DNA from: Nitrospirota bacterium
Lineage (GTDB): Bacteria; Nitrospirota; UBA9217
NCBI GenBank assembly: GCA_963749655.1
Contig: CAVVOB010000018.1
Span: forward strand, 179,248 to 243,247
Direction of reading: 5' to 3'
DNA: 64,000 nucleotides
Below, piece after piece: positions 37,619 through 47,438 of this stretch (positions are counted from its first letter, which is position 1; each line of letters begins with the position of its first letter). A program made the position numbers and the translations under genes. The notes beneath the pieces were generated by a model. That model did no database searches and had not been told where the DNA came from. It saw only the letters and a program-made list of their open reading frames with translations.

Positions 37619-38019
37619 TTCAGCTGCCGTATCCGCTCGCGTTCCGGCCTGAAGAATAAGCAGAGCTGCTTTCTTTGGCCAGAAACCCTATCTTTCTTTT
37701 ATCTTCTTCAGGCGGGACCATCAACGTGCGGATGGCATCGAACACCGCTCTGAACTGAACGTCGTATTTTTTCTCAAGCTCTTCAAGCTTTTTTGCGAGG
37801 TCTTTATGCGTTGCGATCATTTCCCGAAGTTTGACGAACGCACGCATGATCTGAATGTTCACCTCGATTGCCCGCTCGCTGTTTAGAACGCTTGAGAGCA
37901 TCGCAATACCCTGCTCCGAAAAAACATAAGGCAGATATTTGCGATGTTTTCCTCGCCCCGTCTTTAAGGTCACAATTTGTAACCTTAAAGATTTGTCCTC
38001 GTCTTCGGACAATTGAAAC

Positions 38020-39078
38020 CGCAAGTTCAATTGTGAAGTGCAACACCTGGGATAGCAACAAGGAATCTGCTATCCTAGGTGACTATGTCAAAAACCTATG
38101 TTCATCTTACCGAAGCTGAGCGTGAGATCATAGCAAGTATGCACTGGGAGGGCAAAGGCCCCTCCGAAATTGCCCGGACGATCGGCCGCGACAAGGGAAC
38201 GATCTCCCGCGAGCTTAGACGTAACGCCTCTCAGGGATATAGCTGTTACACCCCCTGTCAGGCGCAAAAACGATCGGTTCAGAGAAAACTGACAGCACGT
38301 CATAGCCGGCCGTTGCTTAAGAGCAAGAAGATCCAGCGCTACGTCAGGCAAAAGCTGAAACTAGGCTGGTCCCCGGAGATCATCGCCGGTCGCTTAAAGA
38401 AAAACGGTCAGTCGATAAGCCATGAAGCGATCTATCAGTTTATTTACCATCGGGACACTCCCGATGGTAATCAACTTATCTCCCAACTCTGTCGCGCCCA
38501 TCGGAAACGGCGCATTAAGGGAAAAGGGAGAAAAGTACGAAAAACCAAGATTCCCAATAGGGTTCCGATTGCTGCTAGGCCAAAGGCCGTTGACCAGCGT
38601 AAGCAAGTCGGTCATTGGGAGAGCGATACAATAATCTCTCGCAAAAGCAAGGTAGCGCTTCACAGCATGACCGAACGTGTAACCCGGCTACTTCGGCTGA
38701 CGAAGATAAAAAGTAAGTCAGCCGCCGAAACGAATAAGGCGGTCACAAAAGTACTCAAGAAGCTTCCGCCTAAGGCGAAAAGAACGCTCACCATGGACAA
38801 TGGCACGGAGAACGCCAGTCACGAAGTGCTGACAGAAACACTTGGCATCAAGTGCTACTTCGCAGATCCCTATGCTGCATGGCAACGTGGTTCGAATGAG
38901 CAGGTAAATGGCCTCATCCGCCGCTACTTGCCAAAGGGAACCGACTTCAGTAAGATTGACAAAGATCAGATCAAAAAGATCGAGAAGCTAATTAACAATC
39001 GACCCAGAAAATGTCTGGGATTTAAAACACCAGTAGAAGTTGCTAGCTCATTTGTTGCACTTCAAAGTTGAATGTGGC
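38020..39078 (+). mobile_element. IS30-family insertion sequence (1059 bp)
   Basis: 26-bp imperfect IRs cgcaagttcaattgtgaagtgcaaca / tgttgcacttcaaagttgaatgtggc; 3-bp DR AAC at 38017-38019 and 39079-39081. Confidence 0.9.
38079..39071 (+). CDS. IS30-family transposase
   Basis: [58 protein letters not shown]. Confidence 0.96.
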   Translation: MTMSKTYVHLTEAEREIIASMHWEGKGPSEIARTIGRDKGTISRELRRNASQGYSCYTPCQAQKRSVQRKLTARHSRPLLKSKKIQRYVRQKLKLGWSPEIIAGRLKKNGQSISHEAIYQFIYHRDTPDGNQLISQLCRAHRKRRIKGKGRKVRKTKIPNRVPIAARPKAVDQRKQVGHWESDTIISRKSKVALHSMTERVTRLLRLTKIKSKSAAETNKAVTKVLKKLPPKAKRTLTMDNGTENASHEVLTETLGIKCYFADPYAAWQRGSNEQVNGLIRRYLPKGTDFSKIDKDQIKKIEKLINNRPRKCLGFKTPVEVASSFVALQS

Positions 39079-39429
39079 AACATAAAATCTGCGGGAAACC
39101 GTTTGATATTGCGTTTGACGGCCTGCAGAAGGACTTTTGTCGGGACCCCGTAAAGTACGGCAAGATCGTTGTCGAGCAGGACTTTCTGTCCGCGGACCAG
39201 GAAGATTTTCCGTTCTATCGTTTCTGTTGTAAGCATAGGTTTCAGGAAGTCTCCGGCGGAATCGAGGTTCCCCCTTACGTTCAATTGAATCAATTGAACC
39301 ATATTCGACGACTGTTGTCAAGGGGAAAAATTCACAGGGGAAAAGGATCCGGTAGTCAGTAGTCAGCTTTCAGCTAAATCCGCAATTGAGAACAATCCGA
39401 AAGTCGGCGCTGATCGCTGAATGCTGAAG

Positions 39430-40272
39430 TTACATTTCCGGCAGAAGAATGTTGATCTGGGCGCCCGGGAAATTCGTGAGGCCCCGCTCCTGTTCCTTTC
39501 CGCGGGCCCAGGGAGGAATTATGGAGAGTTTTGCGGTGCCGGAACGGATAGAGAGCTTGCCCTGCCACTGTGAAACGAACCGGCGAACTGCGGCAAGGCC
39601 GTGTCCCCTTCCCTCATCTTCATAGCGGGACGCTCCCTGCATCAGGGCCTTGTCGATGGCTTCGAGGTCCCCCCGCAATTTGAACCTGCCCGAAAGGGAC
39701 TTCCGGAAGCCCACGCCCACATCCATGACCGCGATCTTGACCACATTCCTGTTCAGGCTCTGATACCGGTACTTCTGGATGCCCACGAAACCCTTGTTTT
39801 CGCTATGCTCGATGATATTCTGGCAGACTTCGGAAAGGGCCACGATGAAGCCGTTGATCGCCCGCTCGTCGTAGCGGAGATGGGTCGCGAGGATGGCCTG
39901 GGCGCGGTCCCGGACCTTCCCGACAATACCATGGATGTCGTTCGATTTTTCAATGGGCGTGATTTCAAGGAGCACGTCGGACTCCTGCGGGCGCAGGGAC
40001 GTTCGGGAGGGTTCCTGAGCCGAGTCCACGAGGGAAAAGGAACGCTTTGCAAAGGTAAAAAAATCCATTCGGTCAAGGTACCGGCATACCTCGCCTGACC
40101 GCGGCAGGATGATCGTTTTCCGCACGTCTTCGAGCCGGCAAAGCTCTCCGATCTCAAGAAGCCCCACCATGCCGTAGGGGTCGATAAAAGAAACTGCGGT
40201 CAGGTCGATCTGTTCCGAATGAATAAAAGAACGGAGGGTCTGCTCGAAGGTGTCTTCGGTTATCTGGATCAT
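39430..40272 (-). CDS. STAS-like + HATPase (anti-sigma-factor kinase-like) protein
   Basis: IDLTAVSFIDPYG (STAS-like); LSEVCQNIIEHS (N box), D.GVG (G1), GRGHGL (G2). Confidence 0.8.
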   Translation of the reverse strand: MIQITEDTFEQTLRSFIHSEQIDLTAVSFIDPYGMVGLLEIGELCRLEDVRKTIILPRSGEVCRYLDRMDFFTFAKRSFSLVDSAQEPSRTSLRPQESDVLLEITPIEKSNDIHGIVGKVRDRAQAILATHLRYDERAINGFIVALSEVCQNIIEHSENKGFVGIQKYRYQSLNRNVVKIAVMDVGVGFRKSLSGRFKLRGDLEAIDKALMQGASRYEDEGRGHGLAAVRRFVSQWQGKLSIRSGTAKLSIIPPWARGKEQERGLTNFPGAQINILLPEM

Positions 40273-40366
40273 CTCAATTGGTTCCCGACCGGCGGAAGCG
40301 GTGTGTCGTCCCGGTTTGTCGGGCACCGATCCGCCGCAATCGGGAAACGCGGCGCGCGCAGCATCG

Positions 40367-41071
40367 TCACTTTGTCGGCATCGACGAGACCGCGGCCTTG
40401 CAGCCGGCGGAAAGACTGCCGGAATTCTGGCTGAGACATTGCATCATCCTGCCCTCTCCGGGCTGGACGTTCTTGCACAATGAAGCGACATCATCCTTGC
40501 ACGCCTCAAAGAACGGCGGCGGTTGCATGGCTCCTGAACCGGCTGCCGAAGCGGAGGTTCCCGCTGCCGGCCGGCGCTTTTGCAGCCTGCGCCGTCGAGG
40601 ACGGGATCGCCGCCTTGCAGCCGGCGGAAAGGCTGCCGGAATTCTGGTTGAGGCATTGCTTCATCCTGCCCTCACCGGGCTGGACGTTCTTGCACAATGA
40701 GGAGATATCATCCTTGCACGCCTCAAAGAACGCCGGCGGTTGCTGGCGCCTGAACCGGCTGCCGGAGCGGAGGTTCCCGTGCCGGCCGGCGCTTTTGCAG
40801 CCTGCCCCGTCGAGGACGGGATCGCCGCCTTGCAGCCGGCGGAAAGGCTGTCGGAGTTCTGATTGAGGCATTGCAGCATCCTTCCCTCACCGGGCTGGGT
40901 GTCCTTGCAGAACGAGGTGATATCAGTCTTGCATGCTTCAAAAAAATGCGGGGTTTGAACACTGCCTGAACCGGCATCCTGGGCTGCGGCCCCGGCAGTT
41001 GAGACGACCCAAAGAAGCGCGGCGGCGATTAAAGCACTGGCACGACTTCTCCCTTTAACAGACCTTTTCAT
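40367..41071 (-). CDS. Secreted protein with three cysteine-rich (GLG1/Cys_rich_FGFR-like) repeats; two apparent frameshifts
   Basis: Signal peptide; three copies of FFEACK.D....CK..QPGEGRM.QCL.QNS.SLSAGCKAA in three frames; last copy ends VSSMPTK* at 40367. Confidence 0.75.
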
Positions 41072-41150
41072 AGTTCGTTCTCCTTATCGATGGCTGTGGT
41101 GTACCTGGCCCACTTCTGCAGGATAGAAAGACCGCTTTCGTTGTCTGCGG

Positions 41151-41618
41151 TCAACAGCGTTTTACGATGGTCGAGGCTATCTGCAGCAGGATATTCGTGT
41201 AAATTCCGGCGCCGATGTCATCGAGCATCACTCCGAGGCCCCCCCGGACGTCCTGAAGCCCGTGGAGCGGCCAGGGCTTTATAACATCGAACACCCGGAA
41301 GAGCAGGAACCCGGCAACGAGAAAACCCCAGCCCGCGGGGACCATGAACATGGCGATGAAAAACCCGGCGATCTCGTCGATCACGATGGAGGAGCAGTCC
41401 TTGCATCCCAGCAGCAACTCCGCGCGGTCCGCGGCCCATGTCCCGACTGCACACAGCAGGACGCAGACGAGCCCGTACGCCGGGGGAGACAGTGCCCGCG
41501 CGCCGAGATAGAGCACGACGGCAACGAGCGTGCCCGCCGTGCCCGGCGCAAAAGGGGATTTCCCCGAATAGGCGCCCTGGGCGATAAAAAGAATGACTGC
41601 TCTCGAAAACCTGCTCAT
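41151..41618 (-). CDS. pgpA: Phosphatidylglycerophosphatase A
   Basis: PFAPGTAGT, IVIDEIAG, FRVFDVIKPWP, GGLGVMLDD. Confidence 0.95.
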   Translation of the reverse strand: MSRFSRAVILFIAQGAYSGKSPFAPGTAGTLVAVVLYLGARALSPPAYGLVCVLLCAVGTWAADRAELLLGCKDCSSIVIDEIAGFFIAMFMVPAGWGFLVAGFLLFRVFDVIKPWPLHGLQDVRGGLGVMLDDIGAGIYTNILLQIASTIVKRC

Positions 41619-41657
41619 CGGCCCCTTCCGGCGAATTGCCGCTGCAACGGAATACGA

Positions 41658-42224
41658 TTACTCAAGGGAAACGCCGCCGTCGGCGCCTTTTGGGATGCAG
41701 CATCGAATGGCATCGAAGGCGAGCAGGACCCGCTTTTCACGCTCATATTTTTCGGGCGCAAGAGGCTGGAGGACTTTCCCCGATGTCATAACGGCAAGCT
41801 GCGCTTTTGCCGGTATCGCGTCGAGTCCCTCGCCGACGACCTTTCCGGTCGCCGTGTCGAGCACCAGGGCGCTCATGGGGTCCATGACCACGGCAACGGG
41901 AACAGGCGTTGCGCCGAGCACCCGTGCAGCCGCAAGCACATGCCGCTCCCGCGACCCGATGGAGCCTTCCGCGCACTTGATCACCATGGCATTCATATTG
42001 TTCAGAACAATCAGAAAATCAACGGACGACTGAACGGTTTCCGTGCCCACCGTCACATCGAAGCCGACCTGTCTTTTAATGTCCCTGTCGGCGTAGCCCT
42101 TTTCATTGAGAAGCATTCTTTCCGCGATATGCCTGACGGCATCGGCCATCTCCTCCCCTTCCTCGATTTCCTGTTCGAGAATGGAAAGGATCTTTTTCTC
42201 CCTCTCGACAAACTCGTCTTCCAT
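41658..42224 (-). CDS. Hypothetical protein, HsdR N-terminal-like (restriction-endonuclease-fold) domain
   Basis: E..R......LL.EKGY...DI, VDFLI, MVIKC..GSI.SRER pattern. Confidence 0.55.
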   Translation of the reverse strand: MEDEFVEREKKILSILEQEIEEGEEMADAVRHIAERMLLNEKGYADRDIKRQVGFDVTVGTETVQSSVDFLIVLNNMNAMVIKCAEGSIGSRERHVLAAARVLGATPVPVAVVMDPMSALVLDTATGKVVGEGLDAIPAKAQLAVMTSGKVLQPLAPEKYEREKRVLLAFDAIRCCIPKGADGGVSLE

Positions 42225-42279
42225 GGCAACCTTCTTCCCTAATCCGGACAAGCCGGAACCCCAAAGAACCGGAAAACGT

Positions 42280-42356
42280 CTCGCACAACGCCGCAAAGAA
42301 AATCGCGAGACCGGGGATGATCCGGCTTTCTTTGCGTCTTGGCGACTTTGCGCGAA
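42280..42356. repeat. CGCAAAG-type 9-nt-period palindromic element
   Basis: tcgcacaacgccgcaaag ... ctttgcgtcttggcgactttgcgcga; related to 49222-49350. Confidence 0.65.
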
Positions 42357-42439
42357 AATATTTCTGCTGTTTTGTGCTGAATTGGTTTTTCAGTAACTAC
42401 CGTCTCTGTCCGCTGAGGCGACCGGTCAGGACGCACCGA

Positions 42440-43048
42440 TCATTTCCTGCCCGTTTTCTTCTTCGCTTTTTTCCGGACGACCGCGGATTTTGTCTTCTTG
42501 CCTGCGGCAGCCTTTTTCTTCAGGGTCTTCTTCTTTGTTGCCTGCTTCTTTTTGACGACGGCCTTCTTTGCCGCCTTTTTTACGGTCTTCTTCGCCGCCT
42601 TCTTCGCTGCTTTTTTCCGCGGCGCCGCCACGGGCAGCGAGGCAGGGACATGCTTGATGAGAGCCGTCAGTGCCTGCCCCGAGGTCGTAGCCGGGAGCTG
42701 CAGCGGCCGGGGCCGCGCGGCGATCCCCCCGGGCAGCGTGCCGAGAATGTCGCGCTCACGCACCAGGACCCGCTCCTCGCCGTCTACCTTGTACGTCCGG
42801 TCGGCATACTGCGCATAAACCACCACATCTCCCGGCTTGACCGTGGTCGGGATGAACTTGCGGTCCTTCTTCTCAATTTTTTTCTTGCCGTACTTTTCTT
42901 CCTCGAAAGCGCCCGGACCGATCGCCTCGACCACACCCTGCCGCGGCTTGTCCTTCGCGGACTCGGGAATATAAAGCCCTCCCGCGGTAACCTCCTCGGC
43001 CTCGGACGGCCGTATGACGGCCCAGTCGTGTAATGGTTTCAAACTCAT
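42440..43048 (-). CDS. groES: GroES-family co-chaperonin with Lys/Ala-rich histone-H1-like C-terminal tail
   Basis: LKPLHDWAVI, TAGGLYIPESAKDKP..G.V.AIGPG, VKPGDVV, RERDILG; then KKAAKKAAKKTVKKAAKK... Confidence 0.85.
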   Translation of the reverse strand: MSLKPLHDWAVIRPSEAEEVTAGGLYIPESAKDKPRQGVVEAIGPGAFEEEKYGKKKIEKKDRKFIPTTVKPGDVVVYAQYADRTYKVDGEERVLVRERDILGTLPGGIAARPRPLQLPATTSGQALTALIKHVPASLPVAAPRKKAAKKAAKKTVKKAAKKAVVKKKQATKKKTLKKKAAAGKKTKSAVVRKKAKKKTGRK

Positions 43049-43169
43049 ATCGCCTCCCTCATGAACAACTTTAGTTGGAACCATGCTGAACCCTCTTGTT
43101 TTTTAACTCTATCAGTATACGCCAAAAGCGACTTCCCGTCAAAGACGGTTTGTTTTCGCCGCATCTGCG

Positions 43170-44708
43170 CTAAAACAGGATTCGGGATTCGACTGAGAAC
43201 TCACTTACGGTCAAGGCCGGTCCGGGGTTGTTGCCGGCGTTTTCGATCCTGCCGTAACCGATTGTCGTCGCGATTTCCACGCGTTCCGTCAACCGTGTCC
43301 GGACCGACAGGACGGCTGTTTTCGACTTTTCCTGCACCGGTTGGGACAGATTGTGCGCTTCTTCATCGAACGACAAGGCCACCCGGGTATCCTTTTCCGG
43401 CACCAGGAGGGAAATTTCCAGGAAAAGATCACGGGCGTCCGTGCCCATGTGATGCCCCATGACAGAGCCGTTGTACGTATATCCCGCGGTATAGGTCCCG
43501 TGCGTGTACCAGAGATAGGCCTGCCTCTTCCAATAGTTGTTGGCAAATTCGGCCCGCAGGTCCAGGCGTTCGAAACCGAGCACTCCGGGCAGGTACAGGC
43601 CGAAGAGGTCCGCAAGTTTGTACGGCAGACCGCCGAAATACTGTCTGTTCTCCTCTCCGGCCCTTTCCCAATACAGCTGCACAGGCCGGCGTCCGAGCGG
43701 GAACGTCAGCTTCACGTCAAATCCTGCGAGCGAATCCGCGGTATCTGCGCCCGGAGTCCGGGTTTGCTGATGAATGCCGAGAATGTTGTCCACCCAGGTG
43801 TCCAGGTCTTCCGGCTTGCCGTGTCCACCCAGGATCGAGGTCTTCCCGAATCCTATCTCGATAAAGGGGCTGGGCTTGAAATCGAAGCGCAGACCCCAGA
43901 AAGCGGGATCTTTAAAATCGCTCCTGTTGTCATCGAGGAGCGCTGCAAAAAGCGCAAATTGGAAGGGGCCGAGATGGCTGAATACCCAGGGAAGGCGTAT
44001 CGGCTCGGAAGCGGTAATCTTCAGCATCTTAACCGGCTCCGCGTTGTCGGTGAGAAGAAGGGCCCCGTGATAGCCGGGCCCCCACCATTGTGAAGCCTTG
44101 CCTGCGGCAAGATCCACCGATGAGATGCTGAGAACCCCGTAGCCGTTTCTTAGGGCGCCGCTTTTCTCGCGGTCTGAAGATCGAAATTCGGGATTCAGAT
44201 AGACAGAGAGCGGACCGGCATCCTCAAGGCGGGAGATCAAACCGGTGCGGTAATTGGAGTATCGGCTATAACGGTCGCCTTCATTGTTGTAATTAAAGGC
44301 CTGTTCCTGTTGAGGAGAAGTTCCCGGATACTTGAGAGAAAGTACGTCGGCATTTGTATAGAGGTACTTCGCGTAAACCGAATCCAGCGCCTTCAGACTT
44401 CCCCTGCCGATATCCTCGCTCCCGAGGAGCTGCTTCAGATCAAAGACCAGCTCGTGAATGAACAGGCTGCGGCCTTCGGCGTTCTGTTCCGCTTCATGGA
44501 GGAGCCTGAATGCTTCTCTGCGGCTGATCGGTTTCGTGGAGAGCAGTCCGGAGCGGATGACCCCTTCCGCTTCCAGGCGCGAAAACGCCTGGTACGCGTC
44601 ATCGCTGATGTCGAGATAGGTTGAGGCAAAGGCGGATGCCGCAGAAAATACCGCCAGGGCCATAAGAAGGACAATTACGGGACGGTTATGTGGGTAAATG
44701 GTGATCAA
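43170..44708 (-). CDS. Capsule assembly Wzi-family outer-membrane protein
   Basis: WWGPGYHGALLLTDNAEP, LAGFD, YTYNGSVMGHHMGTDA. Confidence 0.85.
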   Translation of the reverse strand: MITIYPHNRPVIVLLMALAVFSAASAFASTYLDISDDAYQAFSRLEAEGVIRSGLLSTKPISRREAFRLLHEAEQNAEGRSLFIHELVFDLKQLLGSEDIGRGSLKALDSVYAKYLYTNADVLSLKYPGTSPQQEQAFNYNNEGDRYSRYSNYRTGLISRLEDAGPLSVYLNPEFRSSDREKSGALRNGYGVLSISSVDLAAGKASQWWGPGYHGALLLTDNAEPVKMLKITASEPIRLPWVFSHLGPFQFALFAALLDDNRSDFKDPAFWGLRFDFKPSPFIEIGFGKTSILGGHGKPEDLDTWVDNILGIHQQTRTPGADTADSLAGFDVKLTFPLGRRPVQLYWERAGEENRQYFGGLPYKLADLFGLYLPGVLGFERLDLRAEFANNYWKRQAYLWYTHGTYTAGYTYNGSVMGHHMGTDARDLFLEISLLVPEKDTRVALSFDEEAHNLSQPVQEKSKTAVLSVRTRLTERVEIATTIGYGRIENAGNNPGPALTVSEFSVESRILF

Positions 44709-44826
44709 GACGATAAGGTGGATCCGGAGCGCATAGTATACGGAAAAACACTCTTTCTGTCAAAGCCGGCCGGGCTCACCAAACAGGCCTTCTCGAAAAC
44801 TCACCGGCAAAACAGGTCTTGCGGAA

Positions 44827-47037
44827 TCACTCGCTGCCAAGAGGGTTTAACGGCGCGGGCAGGAGGGTTTTCCGTCGCTCCGGCAGGCTCTCACCGTTCC
44901 CGGAAGACTCCTCCCGCAGGTAGGCACTATAAGCGTCTCTCAGCCGCAGAATATGCGCCCTGACGTAGGCATCGCTCAGGCGGTCGCGGTTGTAAAAAAT
45001 ATGGCCGAGATTGAAAGGCGGCTTCGGGTCGACGCCGACGGACGTGGCCACGGTGTTGGCCTCGCCGGCATTGACGATCTTTGTCTCCTGCGCATAGCTC
45101 CAGTCATTCGATCCCCGCAGCTGCAGGAGCCCCGGCTTCATGTCCCGGCGCGGCGTGAGGGGGAGCGAAATCATCATGCCCCCGATCTGCACGCGCTCCT
45201 GCGCCGGCGTCACGGAATTCACGTAGTACACCGAAAACGCCGTGTCGCCGATGAACCGCTTCATCTCGATCCGGAATCCCTTGTCGTTGTCGAAGAACCT
45301 GCCTGCCGTGCCCTCGAAGGAAAGATTGAGCGGATCGAAGTAATACCGGTACGATCCGAGGTACGCTTCGCGCACGTGCGGCTGGACCTGGTCGTCGGAG
45401 CTCTCCGCGCGCGCCTGCTTGAACGTGAACCGGTGGGCGCCGCTGCCGGGCGTCCACACCACCTCGTTCAGCGTGCCGTAGGAATCATGCAGGACCATCC
45501 CGCCGCCGAGATTGACCATGACCCCGGGCGCGGCCCGGAGAGCCTGGAACAGCATGAGCCGGTCGAGCTGGCTGTCCTGGCGGCTGGACTGAAAGGCCTT
45601 TCCGTCGTCGAAATTTTCGCTCCATGTGAGCGGGACGTCCCAGCGCGCGTTCACGACGGCGCCTTTCCAGGCATTCAGATAATAATCGAGCTTTGCGGAA
45701 AGCAGGTAATCGAAAGCGCCGACATCGGTGGCGACAAACGTCTTCAGTCCCGGGTACAGGACAAGAGAAGATGAGAGCCATGAGGGATTGCGGACGCTGG
45801 TGATGAAATTCACGCCCTTTTCATCGGCGCCATCGGCGGTGATCACGAGATGGGCCTGTAATTGCGCCTCCGCTCCGGGGTCATGCAGAAAAATACGAAA
45901 ATCTTCGAGAGGAGCGCTCACCTGAAGTACAACGATGTCCTGCTTCCTGAGGACCAGCCTCAGCGTCTCGTTTCCCCCGCGAGGGACCGTGTCCGCGACG
46001 ATCCCGACAACGACGCCGAGGCCGTCCAGCTCGTTATGATTGTACCGCTCGTTCTCGTATTCCACGACCAGGAGATTGGGCTCTCCTGTTCCCACCCTCA
46101 CGTTCTGAAAGCCCTCTGCCGCCAGGCTTTCGGCGAGCAGTGCGAGCGGCGATGGAGCAACGGTTGCTCCATCCTTCTGCTCCCCGCTCGGAAAATGCGG
46201 AAGAGCGGGTTCGTCTGTTGTGGCCTTCGTTCCCTCATCAGGAACGGCCTGCTTTTCCGGAGGCACTGAACCTGTTTCTCCGGCCTTTTCAGGAATCGGC
46301 TGCCTGTTGAGACGTTCGTGACCGAGAGGCAGCTGGAGGCCGACAGCGACGGCAGTGCTGTCCCGGCGGTTGTCAACGGTCGTCTTGACGATCGCCTGCA
46401 GCGAGACGGGCAGGCCGAACAACTCCGGCGACACCAGCCGGGCGCCGATATTTGTTTCCTTCCCGTCGTTTTCACCGATGATCGTGAGCCAGTCAACGAG
46501 CCTGATCTCGACGCCGCCGAAAACCCCTTTCATGCGGTCCGGACCTGTGCCCGCGCCCAGGCTCAGCCGGAAGCGCTGCCAGGTTTCCGTGGCAACGAGG
46601 TAGCTCGTCTGCAGGCGCTTTGACCCTCCGCCGGGGTCCTGCATGCCGAAGGCGATATCGGGCAGAAAGGAGCCTTGAGGAATGCCCGGCACCCTGATCT
46701 TGAAGTTTGCCGACAGGTCACGGATGCCGGCGGCAGGCGCGTCAATGATCCTGCCGCCGAATTCCGCGAAAGGAAGGAGGCCGACGGAAAAAAGATAGTT
46801 GTCCTCGCGGGGCGCAAGGGCCCGCACCTGAGACTCTTTCTGATCGGTATAGAGCGCAGTAAGCTTCCCGTCATCCGCTGTTTCGGCGTTCGGCGTGTTC
46901 AGAAGCCCGGTATACCCCTGGAGGGAGAGCGCGTTGTAAAAATCACCGGCGCTGCAGGGTGCGGCTGCGAGGGACAGCCGGAAGATCACAAGAAGGATAA
47001 GGAAGGCCTGACGCATCTGCAGATGATTTCTCCTCAA
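44827..47037 (-). CDS. YjbH/GfcD-like exopolysaccharide-associated outer-membrane protein
   Basis: SLQGYTGLLNTPNA, DLSANFK..., G.FGGVE, YEN.RYNHNELDGLG. Confidence 0.8.
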   Translation of the reverse strand: MRRNHLQMRQAFLILLVIFRLSLAAAPCSAGDFYNALSLQGYTGLLNTPNAETADDGKLTALYTDQKESQVRALAPREDNYLFSVGLLPFAEFGGRIIDAPAAGIRDLSANFKIRVPGIPQGSFLPDIAFGMQDPGGGSKRLQTSYLVATETWQRFRLSLGAGTGPDRMKGVFGGVEIRLVDWLTIIGENDGKETNIGARLVSPELFGLPVSLQAIVKTTVDNRRDSTAVAVGLQLPLGHERLNRQPIPEKAGETGSVPPEKQAVPDEGTKATTDEPALPHFPSGEQKDGATVAPSPLALLAESLAAEGFQNVRVGTGEPNLLVVEYENERYNHNELDGLGVVVGIVADTVPRGGNETLRLVLRKQDIVVLQVSAPLEDFRIFLHDPGAEAQLQAHLVITADGADEKGVNFITSVRNPSWLSSSLVLYPGLKTFVATDVGAFDYLLSAKLDYYLNAWKGAVVNARWDVPLTWSENFDDGKAFQSSRQDSQLDRLMLFQALRAAPGVMVNLGGGMVLHDSYGTLNEVVWTPGSGAHRFTFKQARAESSDDQVQPHVREAYLGSYRYYFDPLNLSFEGTAGRFFDNDKGFRIEMKRFIGDTAFSVYYVNSVTPAQERVQIGGMMISLPLTPRRDMKPGLLQLRGSNDWSYAQETKIVNAGEANTVATSVGVDPKPPFNLGHIFYNRDRLSDAYVRAHILRLRDAYSAYLREESSGNGESLPERRKTLLPAPLNPLGSE

Positions 47038-47099
47038 CGGACAATACGAAAACTTGAGACGGACGATGGGATCAATATTGATTTAAGAAGCTGGATTTA

Positions 47100-47175
47100 A
47101 CCGCAGAGCCGCAGAGGCCGCGGAGAAGTTTTCATGAGGGTCTTCCTTCTCAGCGTCTCAGCGTCTCGGCGGTGG
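47100..47175. repeat. CGCAGAG-type 9-nt-period inverted array
   Basis: accgcagagccgcagaggccgcggaga ... tctcagcgtctcagcgtctcggcggt. Confidence 0.65.
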
Positions 47176-47380
47176 AGACTGGCTCCTTACGATTTCATCA
47201 GAGTATCGCAACCCACTGATAAATCATAATGCCGAAACAAGTTCAGCATGACCCCCTGCCCTTTCCCTGGAGAGGGCGGTACGGCGAGACTAACGGGCCT
47301 AATGCTGCAGTCCTGTAACATGATTCTGACTGTGGGAAGGACTCATCATCGGTAAATCCGCCGCCATAAATCAGAAACAT

Positions 47381-47412
47381 AAAAAAAGGAGGAAGCGCGA
47401 AGCTTCCTCCTT
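47381..47412 (-). terminator. Intrinsic terminator
   Basis: aaggaggaagc-gcgaa-gcttcctcctt with an A run on the plus strand. Confidence 0.8.
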
Positions 47413-47438
47413 GCATTCATAGGTCCGGGTGCAAAGGC

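Larger units (their letters stand above)
37620..39236 (-). pseudogene. ORF6N-domain protein gene interrupted by IS30
   Basis: N-part [17 protein letters not shown]...AVKRN..RFPADFM (39236-39079) and C-part FQL...GRGKHRKYLPYVFSEQGIAMLSSVLNS rejoin in frame when the IS and one DR are removed. Confidence 0.9.

Noticed and set aside
41658-42224. Type I restriction-modification system
   Set aside because: Only a small HsdR-N-like domain is present; no helicase, hsdM or hsdS.
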